Notes: generated by a model from the sequence alone, not told the origin. A DNA stretch of 64,000 nucleotides from Alphaproteobacteria bacterium (GCA_030835385.1 JAURPI010000040.1:78735-142734); one strand, 5' to 3'; positions 37,803 through 47,978 are shown, counted from the stretch's first letter. A program made the numbers and translations.

Positions 37803-39596
37803 ATGTCCGACGCCACATCCACTCGCAATCTATGCCTTGGTGTAGCGCAATCTTTGCGGGGCCGTGCTTGGTACTCCGTCACAGCCGACAACACAGTCGT
37901 TGCTGATCTGGCGTTGTCACTCGATCTCCCTGACGCTGTTGCCGGTATTCTCGCCGCCCGTGGGTTAACCCCCGAAACGGCTCAGCCTTTTTTGAATCCA
38001 AGGCTGCGAGATCTCATGCCAGACCCGTCAAGTTTGGCTGGTATGAACGAGGCGGTGTCACGGCTGGTCGCGGCCATACAAAATGAAGAGCGCGTGGTGG
38101 TGTTTGGTGATTATGACGTCGACGGCGCCACTTCATCCGCGCTTCTAATAAAGTTTTTTAGAGCTCTAGGAGTAGAGCTCGAGAGCTATATCCCCGACCG
38201 GGTCAAAGAAGGGTACGGACCAAATGCGCCCGCGCTTCTGAAATTACGTGACGACGGGGCTTCTGTTGCGATCACTGTGGATTGCGGCATCACGGCTTTT
38301 GAACCGCTGTCGGCGGCCGCAGCTGCGGGCCTGGACATCGTTGTGGTCGATCATCACAAGGCCGAAGAAAAATTGCCTGAAGCGGCCGCCGTCGTTAACC
38401 CGAACCGACTGGATGACACCAGCGGGCAGGGGCATCTGGCAGCGGTCGGCGTGACGTTTCTCGTGATTGTCGGTATCAACAGGGCACTACGCGAAAGCGG
38501 CTGGTACGAGCGTACCGGCAAGCCTGAGCCTGACCTCATGATGCTATTGGACATTGTTTCGCTTGGCACTGTCTGTGATGTCGTGCCGTTGAAGGGTCTT
38601 AATCGAGCTTTCGTCAATCAAGGTCTGGCGGTCATGGCACGCGGTCAAAACGTCGGGCTGGTGGCGCTGGCCAATGCGGCAGGATTAAAGGAAAAACCGC
38701 GAGCCTTTCACCTCGGATATATGCTTGGCCCTCGTGTAAATGCCGGCGGTCGGGTTGGAGAAGCTCCGTTGGGTACGCGTCTACTGTCCTGCGAAGACCC
38801 AGAGGAAGCGGCTGTACTTGCGATGCGTCTCAACGAATACAACGCCGACCGCAAAGACATTGAAGCTGCTGTTCTGGTCGACGCCATAGAGCAAGCCGAA
38901 ACACTGCCAGAAGAGAACGCCCCAATGGTTTTTGTGTCCGGTGCCAATTGGCATCCGGGTGTAATTGGGATCGTGGCGAGCCGAATGCGTGAGAGATACG
39001 ACCAGCCCGCCTGCGTGGTCGCATGCGATGGAGGTATGGCGAAAGGGTCTGGGCGATCAATTCCTGGAGTAGATCTTGGGCGCGCTGTGCTCGATGCCCG
39101 AGACGCGGGGTATCTGTTTAATGGCGGCGGGCATGCGATGGCTGCCGGCTTTACGGTTGAAGAAGACCGTCTCGATGCGTTCAAAGCGTTTCTGGCTGAG
39201 CATATTGAGAAGCAAATCGCATCAGGTGGTGTTCAACCGTCGTACGTCGTCGATGCTGTGGTGACCCCCGAAGGAGCGACACTAGACCTGGTGCAGAGCT
39301 TGTCACGCCTCGAGCCCTTTGGCGCCGACAACGATGAGCCGAAAATCGGTGTTGCAAACGCCATGGTCGTAAAATCAGATGTGGTCGGCTCGGGTCATAT
39401 CCGCTGCATCGTCACCGGCAGTTCCGGTGGACGGCTAAAAGCGATTGCTTTTAATAGTGCGGATTCTGAACTTGGGTACGCCCTCCTCAATACGCAGGGG
39501 CGGCCTATTCACTTGGCAGGAAGCTTACGCGAAGATAATTGGCAGGGCCGTTCAGACGTTCAACTAGTGATCGACGACGGGGCGTGGGCGGCATAG
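37803..39596 (+). CDS. recJ: Single-stranded-DNA-specific exonuclease RecJ
   Basis: DHH-family motifs (GDYDVDG, DCGI, VVDHH) and a DHHA1 GGGH motif. Confidence 0.93.
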   Translation: MSDATSTRNLCLGVAQSLRGRAWYSVTADNTVVADLALSLDLPDAVAGILAARGLTPETAQPFLNPRLRDLMPDPSSLAGMNEAVSRLVAAIQNEERVVVFGDYDVDGATSSALLIKFFRALGVELESYIPDRVKEGYGPNAPALLKLRDDGASVAITVDCGITAFEPLSAAAAAGLDIVVVDHHKAEEKLPEAAAVVNPNRLDDTSGQGHLAAVGVTFLVIVGINRALRESGWYERTGKPEPDLMMLLDIVSLGTVCDVVPLKGLNRAFVNQGLAVMARGQNVGLVALANAAGLKEKPRAFHLGYMLGPRVNAGGRVGEAPLGTRLLSCEDPEEAAVLAMRLNEYNADRKDIEAAVLVDAIEQAETLPEENAPMVFVSGANWHPGVIGIVASRMRERYDQPACVVACDGGMAKGSGRSIPGVDLGRAVLDARDAGYLFNGGGHAMAAGFTVEEDRLDAFKAFLAEHIEKQIASGGVQPSYVVDAVVTPEGATLDLVQSLSRLEPFGADNDEPKIGVANAMVVKSDVVGSGHIRCIVTGSSGGRLKAIAFNSADSELGYALLNTQGRPIHLAGSLREDNWQGRSDVQLVIDDGAWAA

Positions 39597-39745
39597 ATTT
39601 TGGCGGTATTCTGCGGTCATGGGTGCGCCTCCGGCGGAAATGAGGTCCTTCTAGAGCCCGTTGACACCCCGAACGCTGCATGCGACGTTCCGCTCGAAAG
39701 GTCGCGCAAAACCGGCCTTCTGCTAATCAAATGGGGGACTTTTCC

Positions 39746-40381
39746 ATGGTCAAAACGATCCAAATTTTAGGCGCTGCCGCAATGGCCTTAGGGCTTGGGC
39801 TGAGCTCAGCTCAGGCGCAAACAGGTGATTTCGATCCTGCAAATATGCGCTGCCTTGATTTCGTGAATGGACAAGGCGACGGCGCTACCAACAAGGGTCG
39901 CGCAGATCTCGCTCGAATTTGGATTATGGGCTACATGGCTGGCAACTACACGGGCCGTGAAAAATTAGAATGGACGGACGAAAGCGATGCAGAAGAAAAA
40001 GCGATCGGCGCGGTACTTTCAAAATGCCGCGAAAATCCCGAAGTGACACTGCTAACGGTTTCTGAATTCGTTTCATCGGATCGTCGTCGTGATCTTCCGA
40101 ATACGTTGAGCAATGATTTCAATCCACAAACCTACATGTGTGGCGACTACGCGGATGGTCGCGAAGGAGCGGCTGCTGATGTGCTCAAAGCCGACCTAGC
40201 TGATGTATGGGCGTTTGCATTTGTGCAGGGCTATGTGAATACGGATGATCCTGATTTGATGATCCCCGTTGAGAATAAGCCTGCAATTACTGGAGCGATT
40301 GCCGGCAACTGTGCGAAGAACCGTGAATTTTCGTTCTTCAACCTAACGGCAGCCGTTGCGCCGATGGTTTCGCCACAATAG
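39746..40381 (+). CDS. Secreted protein with two tandem HdeA-like repeats (hypothetical)
   Basis: Signal peptide MVKTIQILGAAAMALGLGLSSAQA. There are two repeats of the pattern C-x-D-[FY]...ADLA..W..GY...C..N (MRCLDFV...LSKCREN and YMCGDYA...AGNCAKN). Confidence 0.65.
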   Translation: MVKTIQILGAAAMALGLGLSSAQAQTGDFDPANMRCLDFVNGQGDGATNKGRADLARIWIMGYMAGNYTGREKLEWTDESDAEEKAIGAVLSKCRENPEVTLLTVSEFVSSDRRRDLPNTLSNDFNPQTYMCGDYADGREGAAADVLKADLADVWAFAFVQGYVNTDDPDLMIPVENKPAITGAIAGNCAKNREFSFFNLTAAVAPMVSPQ

Positions 40382-40406
40382 AAATCTTGATCTATCGTTT
40401 TGTGCA

Positions 40407-40430
40407 AAGGCCCGCCTCGTGCGGGCCTTT
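40407..40430. terminator. Bidirectional hairpin terminator between convergent genes
   Basis: aaggcccgc/ctcgt/gcgggcctt, flanked by A and T runs. Confidence 0.6.
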
Positions 40431-40448
40431 CGCGTTAAGAGGGGCGCG

Positions 40449-41000
40449 CTAAGGGGCGGTGGTGTTGCCGTCACCCAAGGGGCGTTGCATCAATACGCTG
40501 TCAATCCATCGATCAAACTTGCGGCCGGTTGAGGGCAAAGCACCAATGACTTTGAAACCCAACTGACTATGAAGAGCGATAGACGAGGCATTGGCAGAGT
40601 CGCCAATGACGGAAATCATCTGTCTGTAGCCGCGTGATGTCGCTTGATCAATGAGCGTTTTGAGCAGCGCTTTTCCGATCCCTTTGCCAAGATGATTTTT
40701 GCTCACGTACACAGAATCTTCCACCGTGTACCGGTAGCCCCAACGACTGCGATATGGCCCGGCATAGGCGAACCCGACAATCTGTTCCCCAGTTTTTGCG
40801 ACAATATAGGGCATGCCGTTCCCTGTGAGTTCGTCAAAGCGGCGTTTCATATCCTCAGGTGTTGGAGGTTCCACTTCAAAAGTCGCAGCGCTGGATTCGA
40901 CATAATGGGCGTAGATGGAGGCGATATCTGCCATATCGACGTCTGTGGCATCGCGAACAACGAGGTCTTTATGTGGGGTGAGGGGTGTCTGGTCAGCCAT
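40449..41000 (-). CDS. GNAT family N-acetyltransferase (phosphinothricin acetyltransferase-like)
   Basis: The pattern VRDATDVDMADIASIYAHYV...ATFE...GFAYAGPYRSRWGYRYTVEDSVYV...GKGIGKALL matches the PAT/MddA group. The start at 41000 (MADQT) is chosen over the longest ORF. Confidence 0.85.
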   Translation of the reverse strand: MADQTPLTPHKDLVVRDATDVDMADIASIYAHYVESSAATFEVEPPTPEDMKRRFDELTGNGMPYIVAKTGEQIVGFAYAGPYRSRWGYRYTVEDSVYVSKNHLGKGIGKALLKTLIDQATSRGYRQMISVIGDSANASSIALHSQLGFKVIGALPSTGRKFDRWIDSVLMQRPLGDGNTTAP

Positions 41001-41224
41001 AGTACATTCAGTGTGTGTGCGCCTACGGTGCTTTGAGACAGCGAAATCCGTAGGGTAGCGTGTTTTCGAGTAGGCGGGTTTTAACGGTTGATGCCAGGAC
41101 TGGCAATGATCCACTGGCCACAGCCAGAGGGAGGTACAGCCGCCAAGCCCAGGCCTGGAACCAGGGCTCATTTCCGGGCTTGCGCGAAGGGCCAGGAGCC
41201 GGTAGAACCTCGCTTCTTTGCTGG

Positions 41225-41300
41225 GTCCCCTTCGTCTAGAGGCCTAGGACACCGCCCTTTCACGGCGGCGACAGGGGTTCGAATCCCCTAGGGGACGCCA
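41225..41300 (+). tRNA. tRNA-Glu (anticodon TTC), CCA encoded
   Basis: Almost identical in architecture to E. coli tRNA-Glu: gtcccct...ctTTCac...aggggacgcca. Confidence 0.92.
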
Positions 41301-41341
41301 CCTCATTATTTGGGTGAGTCATTTCAATACCTTATCGGGCA

Positions 41342-41386
41342 GTTGGACACTTTGTGTTTCGGTGCCCTTTAAATGTTGGACACTTT
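41342..41386 (+). repeat. Two 12-bp direct repeats GTTGGACACTTT spaced 33 bp apart, 3' of tRNA-Glu
   Basis: Exact copies at 41342-41353 and 41375-41386. Confidence 0.7.
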
Positions 41387-41449
41387 TTGAATCCGGGCGG
41401 ATTTTTTTCATGGCCCGTTCAAGTATTTTCCTGTTCCGCTGTTAATCCG

Positions 41450-43570
41450 TTAAAAAGTACCACGGAAGCTAAATCCATAGAACCCGCCCTGTTTTTGTGT
41501 GCGGAATTCGGTGCGGAGGATTTCGCCATCAGCCTGTGACGTAACGAATACGGTGCGGGTCCTTTTTGTTTTTGGACGCAGCACGTTGCCCCAAAACAGT
41601 CTCCCAACAATGCCGTTAGAGAAGCGTTTTTCAAAAAAAATTCGAACATCAGGGCCCGTGGTTTCACGCTCAACTGTGTTGAAGTCACTTCTTATTTTAG
41701 GTCCATTCCACGCGATCACAGCGCCATAGGAAATAGCCCAAGCTCGCACATCGTGTCGTGCGTCGACGGTTAACTCGTATTGATTTTGATTGGAGAACCG
41801 ACGGTTCAACCCCGTGAACGGATCTTCGACCTGGGAATCTTGCCATAGAAGTGTTGTCGATATGACTGCGTCGATTAGGCCAAGTTGTCGAAGCTGCAGG
41901 CTGGTTTCGATCTCTGCCCCATAGTGGGTGCCATCACCCAGGTTTCCCGGTGCGGAATCTGCTGCGCCAAACGGGACAATGTCGTTGACGTCGCTGATGT
42001 CCCGATAAAACGCCCGCAAGTTTACGACCCCGGCCTGGTTGGCGAGCCGATGCTCTGTCCCAATCTCAAAGTCCCAGGATTTTTCGGGCGCGAGGTTAGG
42101 GTTGCCTGCATCGATTTCGCCATCGTCCCGGTCGAGATCAGCCACAAAGTCACTAAATTCAAGTTGTCCAACGTCGCGGCGTGCAGACGAGAAGAATCGT
42201 GTACTGTCAGAAGCTGTGAAATACAAGTCGAGGCTAGGCTTCGCGAACTTAAACTTGCGGCTAGTGTCTACGTCAGAGCCGACCTGATCTAGCCAAGAAA
42301 ACTCTGCGGCAATTCCCGTCTCAACCTCCAAATTTTGTGTTGGCCGCCAAGTGTGATTAGCGAACGTTTCGACCCGGTCTTCCGAGACAACTTGGTCTGC
42401 GTTGAAAACGTCTCGTACTGTTTGGATACCATTTGTGACGTCAAAAAAGACCTGTGTTTTGTCCAGGCTATTGATCGCGCCCTCTACACCCACTTCTAGA
42501 CTCTGGGTTTCTGCAAAGGCCCAATCCATAGTTCCGCGTAGAATTTTCTCCGTCGCTTTTTCGTCTCGAGTATCACCGGAAACCGGAGTTGGCGCGTCGG
42601 GATCGGCGATGAAGCTGAAGTCTTCATTTTCTCTATTTTGTTGATCAACGGCGTAAACAAATAGTCCGTTAAAATTAAGTGTTTTCGTCAATGGAACGGT
42701 GTAGTCCCCGCTGACTTCATATTTGAGGTCTCTACCCGACAGTTGTTGGACGCTGCCCCCGTCAGCGATGCGATTCCCGTCGCCATCAAGATCGAAGGCA
42801 AACAGAACGTCTCTCTGGTTGCTGATCGGTCTGTCTTCAATGAATCCACTCAGTTGCGCTTGATGGTCACTGTCAAAATTGTAGGCAACGCGACCACGAC
42901 CGATATATCGCCGACTGTTCATACGGCGTTGTTCTTCTCGGTCGACGATCGGAAGGCCATTGGAATTTGAAAACAATTCTTTTTGAACACGAGGGAGTTG
43001 TCGTGGACGTGTTTCGCCTGAAAGCGTGTAGCTCCATTTGCCCGGTTCACCGCTAATCGACCCGGATAAAGTTGGCATGTGTTGGCCATCGGTGAATGAC
43101 ACATCACCGATGCTCCAGGTGCCGCCAATGCCGCCGGTATCCGCGAGAACTACATTGATCACGCGTTGACCGACATCAGCGTCGATCTCCCGGACGTTAC
43201 CTGTGATGACTTCGATGCGTTCGACTTGGCTCGCGGGGATGCGCTCGAAGTAGTCTTGAATGGTATTGCCTTTGGTCGTCAGCCGCTTGCCGTTGATCAG
43301 TACCTGTGTTGTCTGCGACCGCAGACCGCGGCGATCTTCATCGCCGGATGCCGTGCCAGCACTGTTATTAAGTGCACCAGCCGCTCCGGGTACGCGCTCA
43401 AGCATGTCCTTTGCGTGAGTCGGGCGATAAGGCTCAAAGAATTCTAGGCCATATACCGTGACACCGTCATCAGATTGTTCAGGAAGCGGTGTTGATTGCG
43501 CTTGGGCCCAGTTTAAAAGGGGCAGTCCAATCAGTCCTGCGGTTAACGCTAATATCGCAATGTGCCGCAA
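41450..43570 (-). CDS. TonB-dependent outer-membrane receptor
   Basis: 706 aa with a signal peptide, an N-terminal plug region, a beta-barrel and a C-terminal aromatic residue (..FSFRGTF). Confidence 0.88.
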   Translation of the reverse strand: MRHIAILALTAGLIGLPLLNWAQAQSTPLPEQSDDGVTVYGLEFFEPYRPTHAKDMLERVPGAAGALNNSAGTASGDEDRRGLRSQTTQVLINGKRLTTKGNTIQDYFERIPASQVERIEVITGNVREIDADVGQRVINVVLADTGGIGGTWSIGDVSFTDGQHMPTLSGSISGEPGKWSYTLSGETRPRQLPRVQKELFSNSNGLPIVDREEQRRMNSRRYIGRGRVAYNFDSDHQAQLSGFIEDRPISNQRDVLFAFDLDGDGNRIADGGSVQQLSGRDLKYEVSGDYTVPLTKTLNFNGLFVYAVDQQNRENEDFSFIADPDAPTPVSGDTRDEKATEKILRGTMDWAFAETQSLEVGVEGAINSLDKTQVFFDVTNGIQTVRDVFNADQVVSEDRVETFANHTWRPTQNLEVETGIAAEFSWLDQVGSDVDTSRKFKFAKPSLDLYFTASDSTRFFSSARRDVGQLEFSDFVADLDRDDGEIDAGNPNLAPEKSWDFEIGTEHRLANQAGVVNLRAFYRDISDVNDIVPFGAADSAPGNLGDGTHYGAEIETSLQLRQLGLIDAVISTTLLWQDSQVEDPFTGLNRRFSNQNQYELTVDARHDVRAWAISYGAVIAWNGPKIRSDFNTVERETTGPDVRIFFEKRFSNGIVGRLFWGNVLRPKTKRTRTVFVTSQADGEILRTEFRTQKQGGFYGFSFRGTF

Positions 43571-43710
43571 TCGATGAACTCCTATAGCGGGGCGCCTAGT
43601 TTACATGTGGCGTCCTTGCCGAAGCTCGAAATGCCCTCAGTTAACCCCTTTAAATCTATACGCCGCCTAGATCAATACGGTCCATTCTTATGTCACGGAA
43701 TTATGATCTG

Positions 43711-44277
43711 CTATCGGTCTGCGCGCGCGCGGGTTGTACGGACATGTTCTTCCTGAATAGCCGTTTCTATTGCTTCCGGTCTTTGTGTTCTGACATCGGA
43801 TATCGCGGTGTCCGGGGGCATGCCCAGTTCTACCAACAGACGGGCGGCAATCATCCCCGCCCGGCCTCGGCCACCGCGACAGTGGAGAAGAATGTTTTCA
43901 CCGTTCTGGAGCGCTTGCCTCAACGAATCACCTAGATTGGTCCATGCTTTCTCCCAGTCTTCTCCGGGTGTTTCAAAATCAACAATGGGGCAGTGATGCC
44001 AGGCGATGCCACGTGACTGGCAGGCTTCGGTAAGTGTTTCTGATGACAGATCACAAGCCGTGATTTCGTGACTTTCCATCAAAGTCACCATTGTAGTGAC
44101 CTCAGCGTCTGTAATCGCTTCTAAGTCCGTGTCGAGGTCGCGGTCCCATGGTCCCGTGTCGGCGTTTGGCTGTTTTTTGCCGGGGCACATGGTGAAGTAA
44201 ATGCGGCCGGGAGCGTTTGGCGCGCTGACGACGGCAAGGGGTAGGGGGTGCGTGACGCTGGTTTTTACGGGTCTCAT
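43711..44277 (-). CDS. Dual-specificity / tyrosine protein phosphatase family protein
   Basis: HCRGGRGRAG is a CX5R P-loop. Confidence 0.8.
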   Translation of the reverse strand: MRPVKTSVTHPLPLAVVSAPNAPGRIYFTMCPGKKQPNADTGPWDRDLDTDLEAITDAEVTTMVTLMESHEITACDLSSETLTEACQSRGIAWHHCPIVDFETPGEDWEKAWTNLGDSLRQALQNGENILLHCRGGRGRAGMIAARLLVELGMPPDTAISDVRTQRPEAIETAIQEEHVRTTRARADR

Positions 44278-44292
44278 ATTATGGCGCTATTG

Positions 44293-44757
44293 TCAGTTAT
44301 TGTATGCGGGTGCGGGGGGCACTTTGATTTGATGGCCATTTAGCCGCAACCACCGCACCCAATCATCCTGCAGCAGGCTGGCCTGTCGTGCTAAGTCACG
44401 GTCTTGGTCCCGAAGTGCGCGAACATAGATCTGTGTGCTGGGTACAAACAGATCATGCCAAGCGTCGGGGAGTTTGGAATGAAGTTTGCTGAGAACATCG
44501 TCTCGTACTAACTCCGCTTCCTGGGCCGCAATGCCATATCGATCCAGTAGATATTGCGCGTCAGTGGGGTCTATTAAACCACCCTTATCATTTGCGTAGG
44601 CGATAGCCTCGCGAACTTCGAGCATGGCGACATGATAATGCTGCGCATTAGCTGCATCTTCAGGAGTCCATCGACTATAAAAGAGCCAGGCGCCAATGAT
44701 GGTTATTGCGGCAAATGCGCCTACGCCGATCTGCTTTTGTTTTGGCGAGAGCGTCAA
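44293..44757 (-). CDS. Hypothetical membrane-anchored protein
   Basis: 154-aa ORF with one N-terminal transmembrane helix (IGVGAFAAITIIGAWLFY). It overlaps the arsC stop by 4 nt, which suggests an operon. Confidence 0.6.
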   Translation of the reverse strand: MTLSPKQKQIGVGAFAAITIIGAWLFYSRWTPEDAANAQHYHVAMLEVREAIAYANDKGGLIDPTDAQYLLDRYGIAAQEAELVRDDVLSKLHSKLPDAWHDLFVPSTQIYVRALRDQDRDLARQASLLQDDWVRWLRLNGHQIKVPPAPAYNN

Positions 44758-45095
44758 AGAATTTCCAGAACACTCTCGGGAGGGCGTCCCATTGCCGCAT
44801 TTTTGCCAGAGACGACGATTGGACGTTCAATAATGGCTGGGTGCTCTGTCATCGCTTTAACAATAGCTGCGTCACTCATCGAAGAGATATCCAACCCAGC
44901 CTCCTTTGCTTCTTTCTTGCGCACAATGTCACCGGGCGCAGCATCTAGCATGCCTAAGATGTCTTTCAGAGTGGACTGGCTCGGCGGTGTTTCAAGATAG
45001 CTGACAATTGTAGGCTTAATTCCTTTTTCTTCGATCAGTGCCAAGGTCTGCCGCGATTTTGAGCAACGGGGATTGTGGTAAATGGTCACAGCCAT
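44754..45095 (-). CDS. arsC: ArsC-family (glutaredoxin-type arsenate reductase / Spx superfamily) protein
   Basis: MAVTIYHNPRCSKSRQTL contains the canonical ArsC N-terminal Cys motif. The start at 45095 has a GGAGA Shine-Dalgarno sequence. Confidence 0.85.
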   Translation of the reverse strand: MAVTIYHNPRCSKSRQTLALIEEKGIKPTIVSYLETPPSQSTLKDILGMLDAAPGDIVRKKEAKEAGLDISSMSDAAIVKAMTEHPAIIERPIVVSGKNAAMGRPPESVLEIL

Positions 45096-45117
45096 TGTGA
45101 TGGTCTCCAGTCGTGTC

Positions 45118-46029
45118 TTAGTTGCTGAGTTCTTGGTAAAGACGGGTGGCGAACACCTTGCCCTGGTCAGCACGCATTGAAAAGTCAGGGTCGTACGTTT
45201 GAGTGGGGTTGCTATCCAGGAACTGTTTGAGAGTTTTTCCGTCAGCGATTGCTTCAAGTGTGATCTTCTTCATGCCCTTAAGCATGGCCAATGTCTTCAT
45301 AGCTCCGGCTCGATCGGAAATCTCACCATGGCCGGGAATTACAATCGTGTCCTCATCTGTGATCTCACCTAAGAGCTCTAGTGCCGCGATTTCCCCATCC
45401 AATGTGCCGCCTGTGGATGAGTCAATGAAGGGGTATGCGCTGGTGACATAAACGTCACCGGTATGAACCACGTTGGCTTCCGTAAAATGAACAAAAGCAT
45501 CGGAGTCCGTATGAGCATTGGGCACGTGAATCATTCTGATGGTCAGGTCATTAAACCGAAGTGTCGCGGTATCGTTGAACGTAATCGCTGGAAGTGCTGC
45601 CTCCGGTGATGCTGGCTGATTGAAATTGAAGGCCGCCACGAATTGGTCTGTCGACATGCGCACATAGGTGTTGTCGTGGGCAACAATGGTCTTGCCCGCA
45701 CGCCCGTAATTCTCGTTGCCACCAGTGTGATCCCAATGCCAATGGCTATTGATCACATACCGCAGCGGCTCGTCTGTGAGTTCGGCAATGGCAGCGTCGA
45801 TCTTCGCTGTCATCTCGGCGTACTGGTCATCAACAATCAGAACACCATCATCACCAATCGAGACGGCTAGGTTGCCTCCGGCGCCCATAAACATATGCAA
45901 CCCATTGCGCACGGCGCTTGCCCGAATTTGGGTTGTGTCCGGACTGAGCTGGGCCAATGCAAGCTGGCTGTCAGCACAAATCAACAATGAGAAAAGGGTT
46001 GCGAGTATGGAGCGGGTCATGGTGCGCAT
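45118..46029 (-). CDS. MBL-fold metallo-hydrolase with a signal peptide
   Basis: HWHWDHTGG (HxHxDH) zinc motif and an N-terminal signal peptide. Confidence 0.85.
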   Translation of the reverse strand: MRTMTRSILATLFSLLICADSQLALAQLSPDTTQIRASAVRNGLHMFMGAGGNLAVSIGDDGVLIVDDQYAEMTAKIDAAIAELTDEPLRYVINSHWHWDHTGGNENYGRAGKTIVAHDNTYVRMSTDQFVAAFNFNQPASPEAALPAITFNDTATLRFNDLTIRMIHVPNAHTDSDAFVHFTEANVVHTGDVYVTSAYPFIDSSTGGTLDGEIAALELLGEITDEDTIVIPGHGEISDRAGAMKTLAMLKGMKKITLEAIADGKTLKQFLDSNPTQTYDPDFSMRADQGKVFATRLYQELSN

Positions 46030-46090
46030 CCTTTTGGATTGTTTAGAGTTCTAATCCAGCATATCACGCGAACAGGTGAGCGGGAGGTCG

Positions 46091-46732
46091 TTAGGAAAAG
46101 TCTTCGAAGCGGTCTTTCTCTGGATTCAGCCAATGGAGAAACCCGTTGCGGATATCAAAGTAAAAGCCGTGGATGTTTAATGTGCCGTCGGCAACGCGGC
46201 TTGCGACCCAAGGAAAGGTTTGAAGGTTTTGGATCGATAACCTCACGACAGCCAACTCTGTCTTGATACCGCGGTCCGGATCGACGTGACCATCTCCACC
46301 CTCGCCAGCGTCTTGAACGGCTGGCATGGCGATAGACATCCATGGGCCAATGAACTCTCCCGCAGGGGGCGCACCATCAGCCATCTGGATGAGCGCATTC
46401 ACGCCACCACACTGGGCATGTCCCATGACAATAATATCTGTTAGCTCGAGTCCCGTAATGGCGAACTCCAGCGCCGCGCTGGTACCGTGATAGCCAGGAC
46501 CTGGGTCATAAGGCGGCACGACGTTGGCAACATTCCGAATCACAAATAGGTCACCGGGATTCTGATCGAACATGAGCGTCGGATCGACACGTGAATCACT
46601 GCAGGCGATGACCAGTGCTTTTGGGCTTTGACCGCGATCAGCTAATTCTTTGAATAGAGGCTGGTATTCTGGCAGCCGCGTTTCGCGATAGCGCTGGTGT
46701 CCGGATCTCAGGGTTTCTACTAACGACGACAT
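46091..46732 (-). CDS. Beta-class carbonic anhydrase
   Basis: CSDSRVDP and GHAQCGG zinc-ligand motifs. Confidence 0.9.
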   Translation of the reverse strand: MSSLVETLRSGHQRYRETRLPEYQPLFKELADRGQSPKALVIACSDSRVDPTLMFDQNPGDLFVIRNVANVVPPYDPGPGYHGTSAALEFAITGLELTDIIVMGHAQCGGVNALIQMADGAPPAGEFIGPWMSIAMPAVQDAGEGGDGHVDPDRGIKTELAVVRLSIQNLQTFPWVASRVADGTLNIHGFYFDIRNGFLHWLNPEKDRFEDFS

Positions 46733-46766
46733 TTGTACTCCTGGTTATTCAAGCGCGCGGTCAGCG

Positions 46767-47978
46767 TCATGTGGACGCGACCCTCCGTTGGATTACCAGC
46801 AGCCGGGCCGCATTGGCAACGACTACCAGCACCAAAATGAGACTTATGACAAAGGGGAGATTGAGATTGATCTCAAGAAAGAAACTTCCCGCAATCATGG
46901 GGCCGCAAACTCGCCCAATCATGGACGAGCCGTTTGACAGTCCCAGCATATAGCCGACTTTATCCTCAGGGCTCACTTTGGTCAGGACGCTTGAAAGAAC
47001 GGTGCTCCAGATGCCCACGCCGATGACCGCAATCCATAGGCCGGCTGCGGAGACCCAGACGTTGGTTCCGAGCAGCAAAATCGCGAGGCCGAGAACATCC
47101 AATACGCCACCCACCAGATAAGCTCCCAAGTCACCAAAGCGGTTCGACAAGGGGCCGACAAGCCCCATGGTGCCAATCATGTAACCTAATCCCATGGCGG
47201 CCATGCCGAAGCTGACATCATCCGGTCCCCAGTTGTGCAACCCCTGTGCCCAAAAAGCGAAGGCGAACTGGTCAGACCCTCCGACATATCCGGCGATCAA
47301 GAACTGTCCAATCAGCAATGCTAATCCGATACGACCAATTGGCACGCGCGCAGGTGAAGGTGTTTCGTCGGCGCTTATGGAACCGGCGAGAGTGGGGTCA
47401 ACTTTGCGGCTGGTGCCCGCTCGCGTTTCCTTAAGGAAGATAATCCCAATTCCTGTGGCAACCGCTGCGAGACCAGCCGCCAGGAAAGACGGAGTTGCGT
47501 GGGTGAAGGTTTCGAGGTCGCTTCCCATGAGAAAGCCGCCGAGGACTGGTCCGACGGTGAAAGCCAAAGCCGTTGCGCCCGTCGCGTAACCAAGATACCT
47601 GGCGCGGTTTTCATGGTCTGAGGTATCGGCGACCATAGCGAACGCGATGGAAACATTACCCCCGGTCACGCCCTGCATTGCGCGAACGATGAACATGGCT
47701 TCAAGGCTGTCGACCAAGCCAAAAATGACGAAGTTCATTGCACTTGCGGCAAGTGAGACCATGAACACAGGCTTGCGGCCGAACTTGTCGGAGAGACGTC
47801 CCCACATGGGCGCGAACACGATAATCAGTGCTGGCATCAGCGTGAATAGAAGAGATATCTCGAATGACGAGGCGCCGTACTTCTGCCCAATAAAAGGCAG
47901 CATCGGTAGGATAATGCTGGCCGGGATTACAGCGGCGAATATGGTGATGAACAGAACGAGCACGTAGCAGCATACCAC
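46767..47978 (-). CDS. MFS transporter
   Basis: 12-TM-like hydrophobic profile and the MFS motif GRLSDKFGRKP. GTG start; the exact start is uncertain. Confidence 0.85.
   Translation of the reverse strand: MVCCYVLVLFITIFAAVIPASIILPMLPFIGQKYGASSFEISLLFTLMPALIIVFAPMWGRLSDKFGRKPVFMVSLAASAMNFVIFGLVDSLEAMFIVRAMQGVTGGNVSIAFAMVADTSDHENRARYLGYATGATALAFTVGPVLGGFLMGSDLETFTHATPSFLAAGLAAVATGIGIIFLKETRAGTSRKVDPTLAGSISADETPSPARVPIGRIGLALLIGQFLIAGYVGGSDQFAFAFWAQGLHNWGPDDVSFGMAAMGLGYMIGTMGLVGPLSNRFGDLGAYLVGGVLDVLGLAILLLGTNVWVSAAGLWIAVIGVGIWSTVLSSVLTKVSPEDKVGYMLGLSNGSSMIGRVCGPMIAGSFFLEINLNLPFVISLILVLVVVANAARLLVIQRRVAST

Noticed and set aside
43571-43710. Cobalamin/TPP riboswitch or Fur box upstream of the TonB-dependent receptor
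   Set aside because: The gap to the upstream gene is only about 140 nt. I found no B12-box-like (GCCACTG) or TPP (CTGAGA) core, and no convincing Fur-box dyad.
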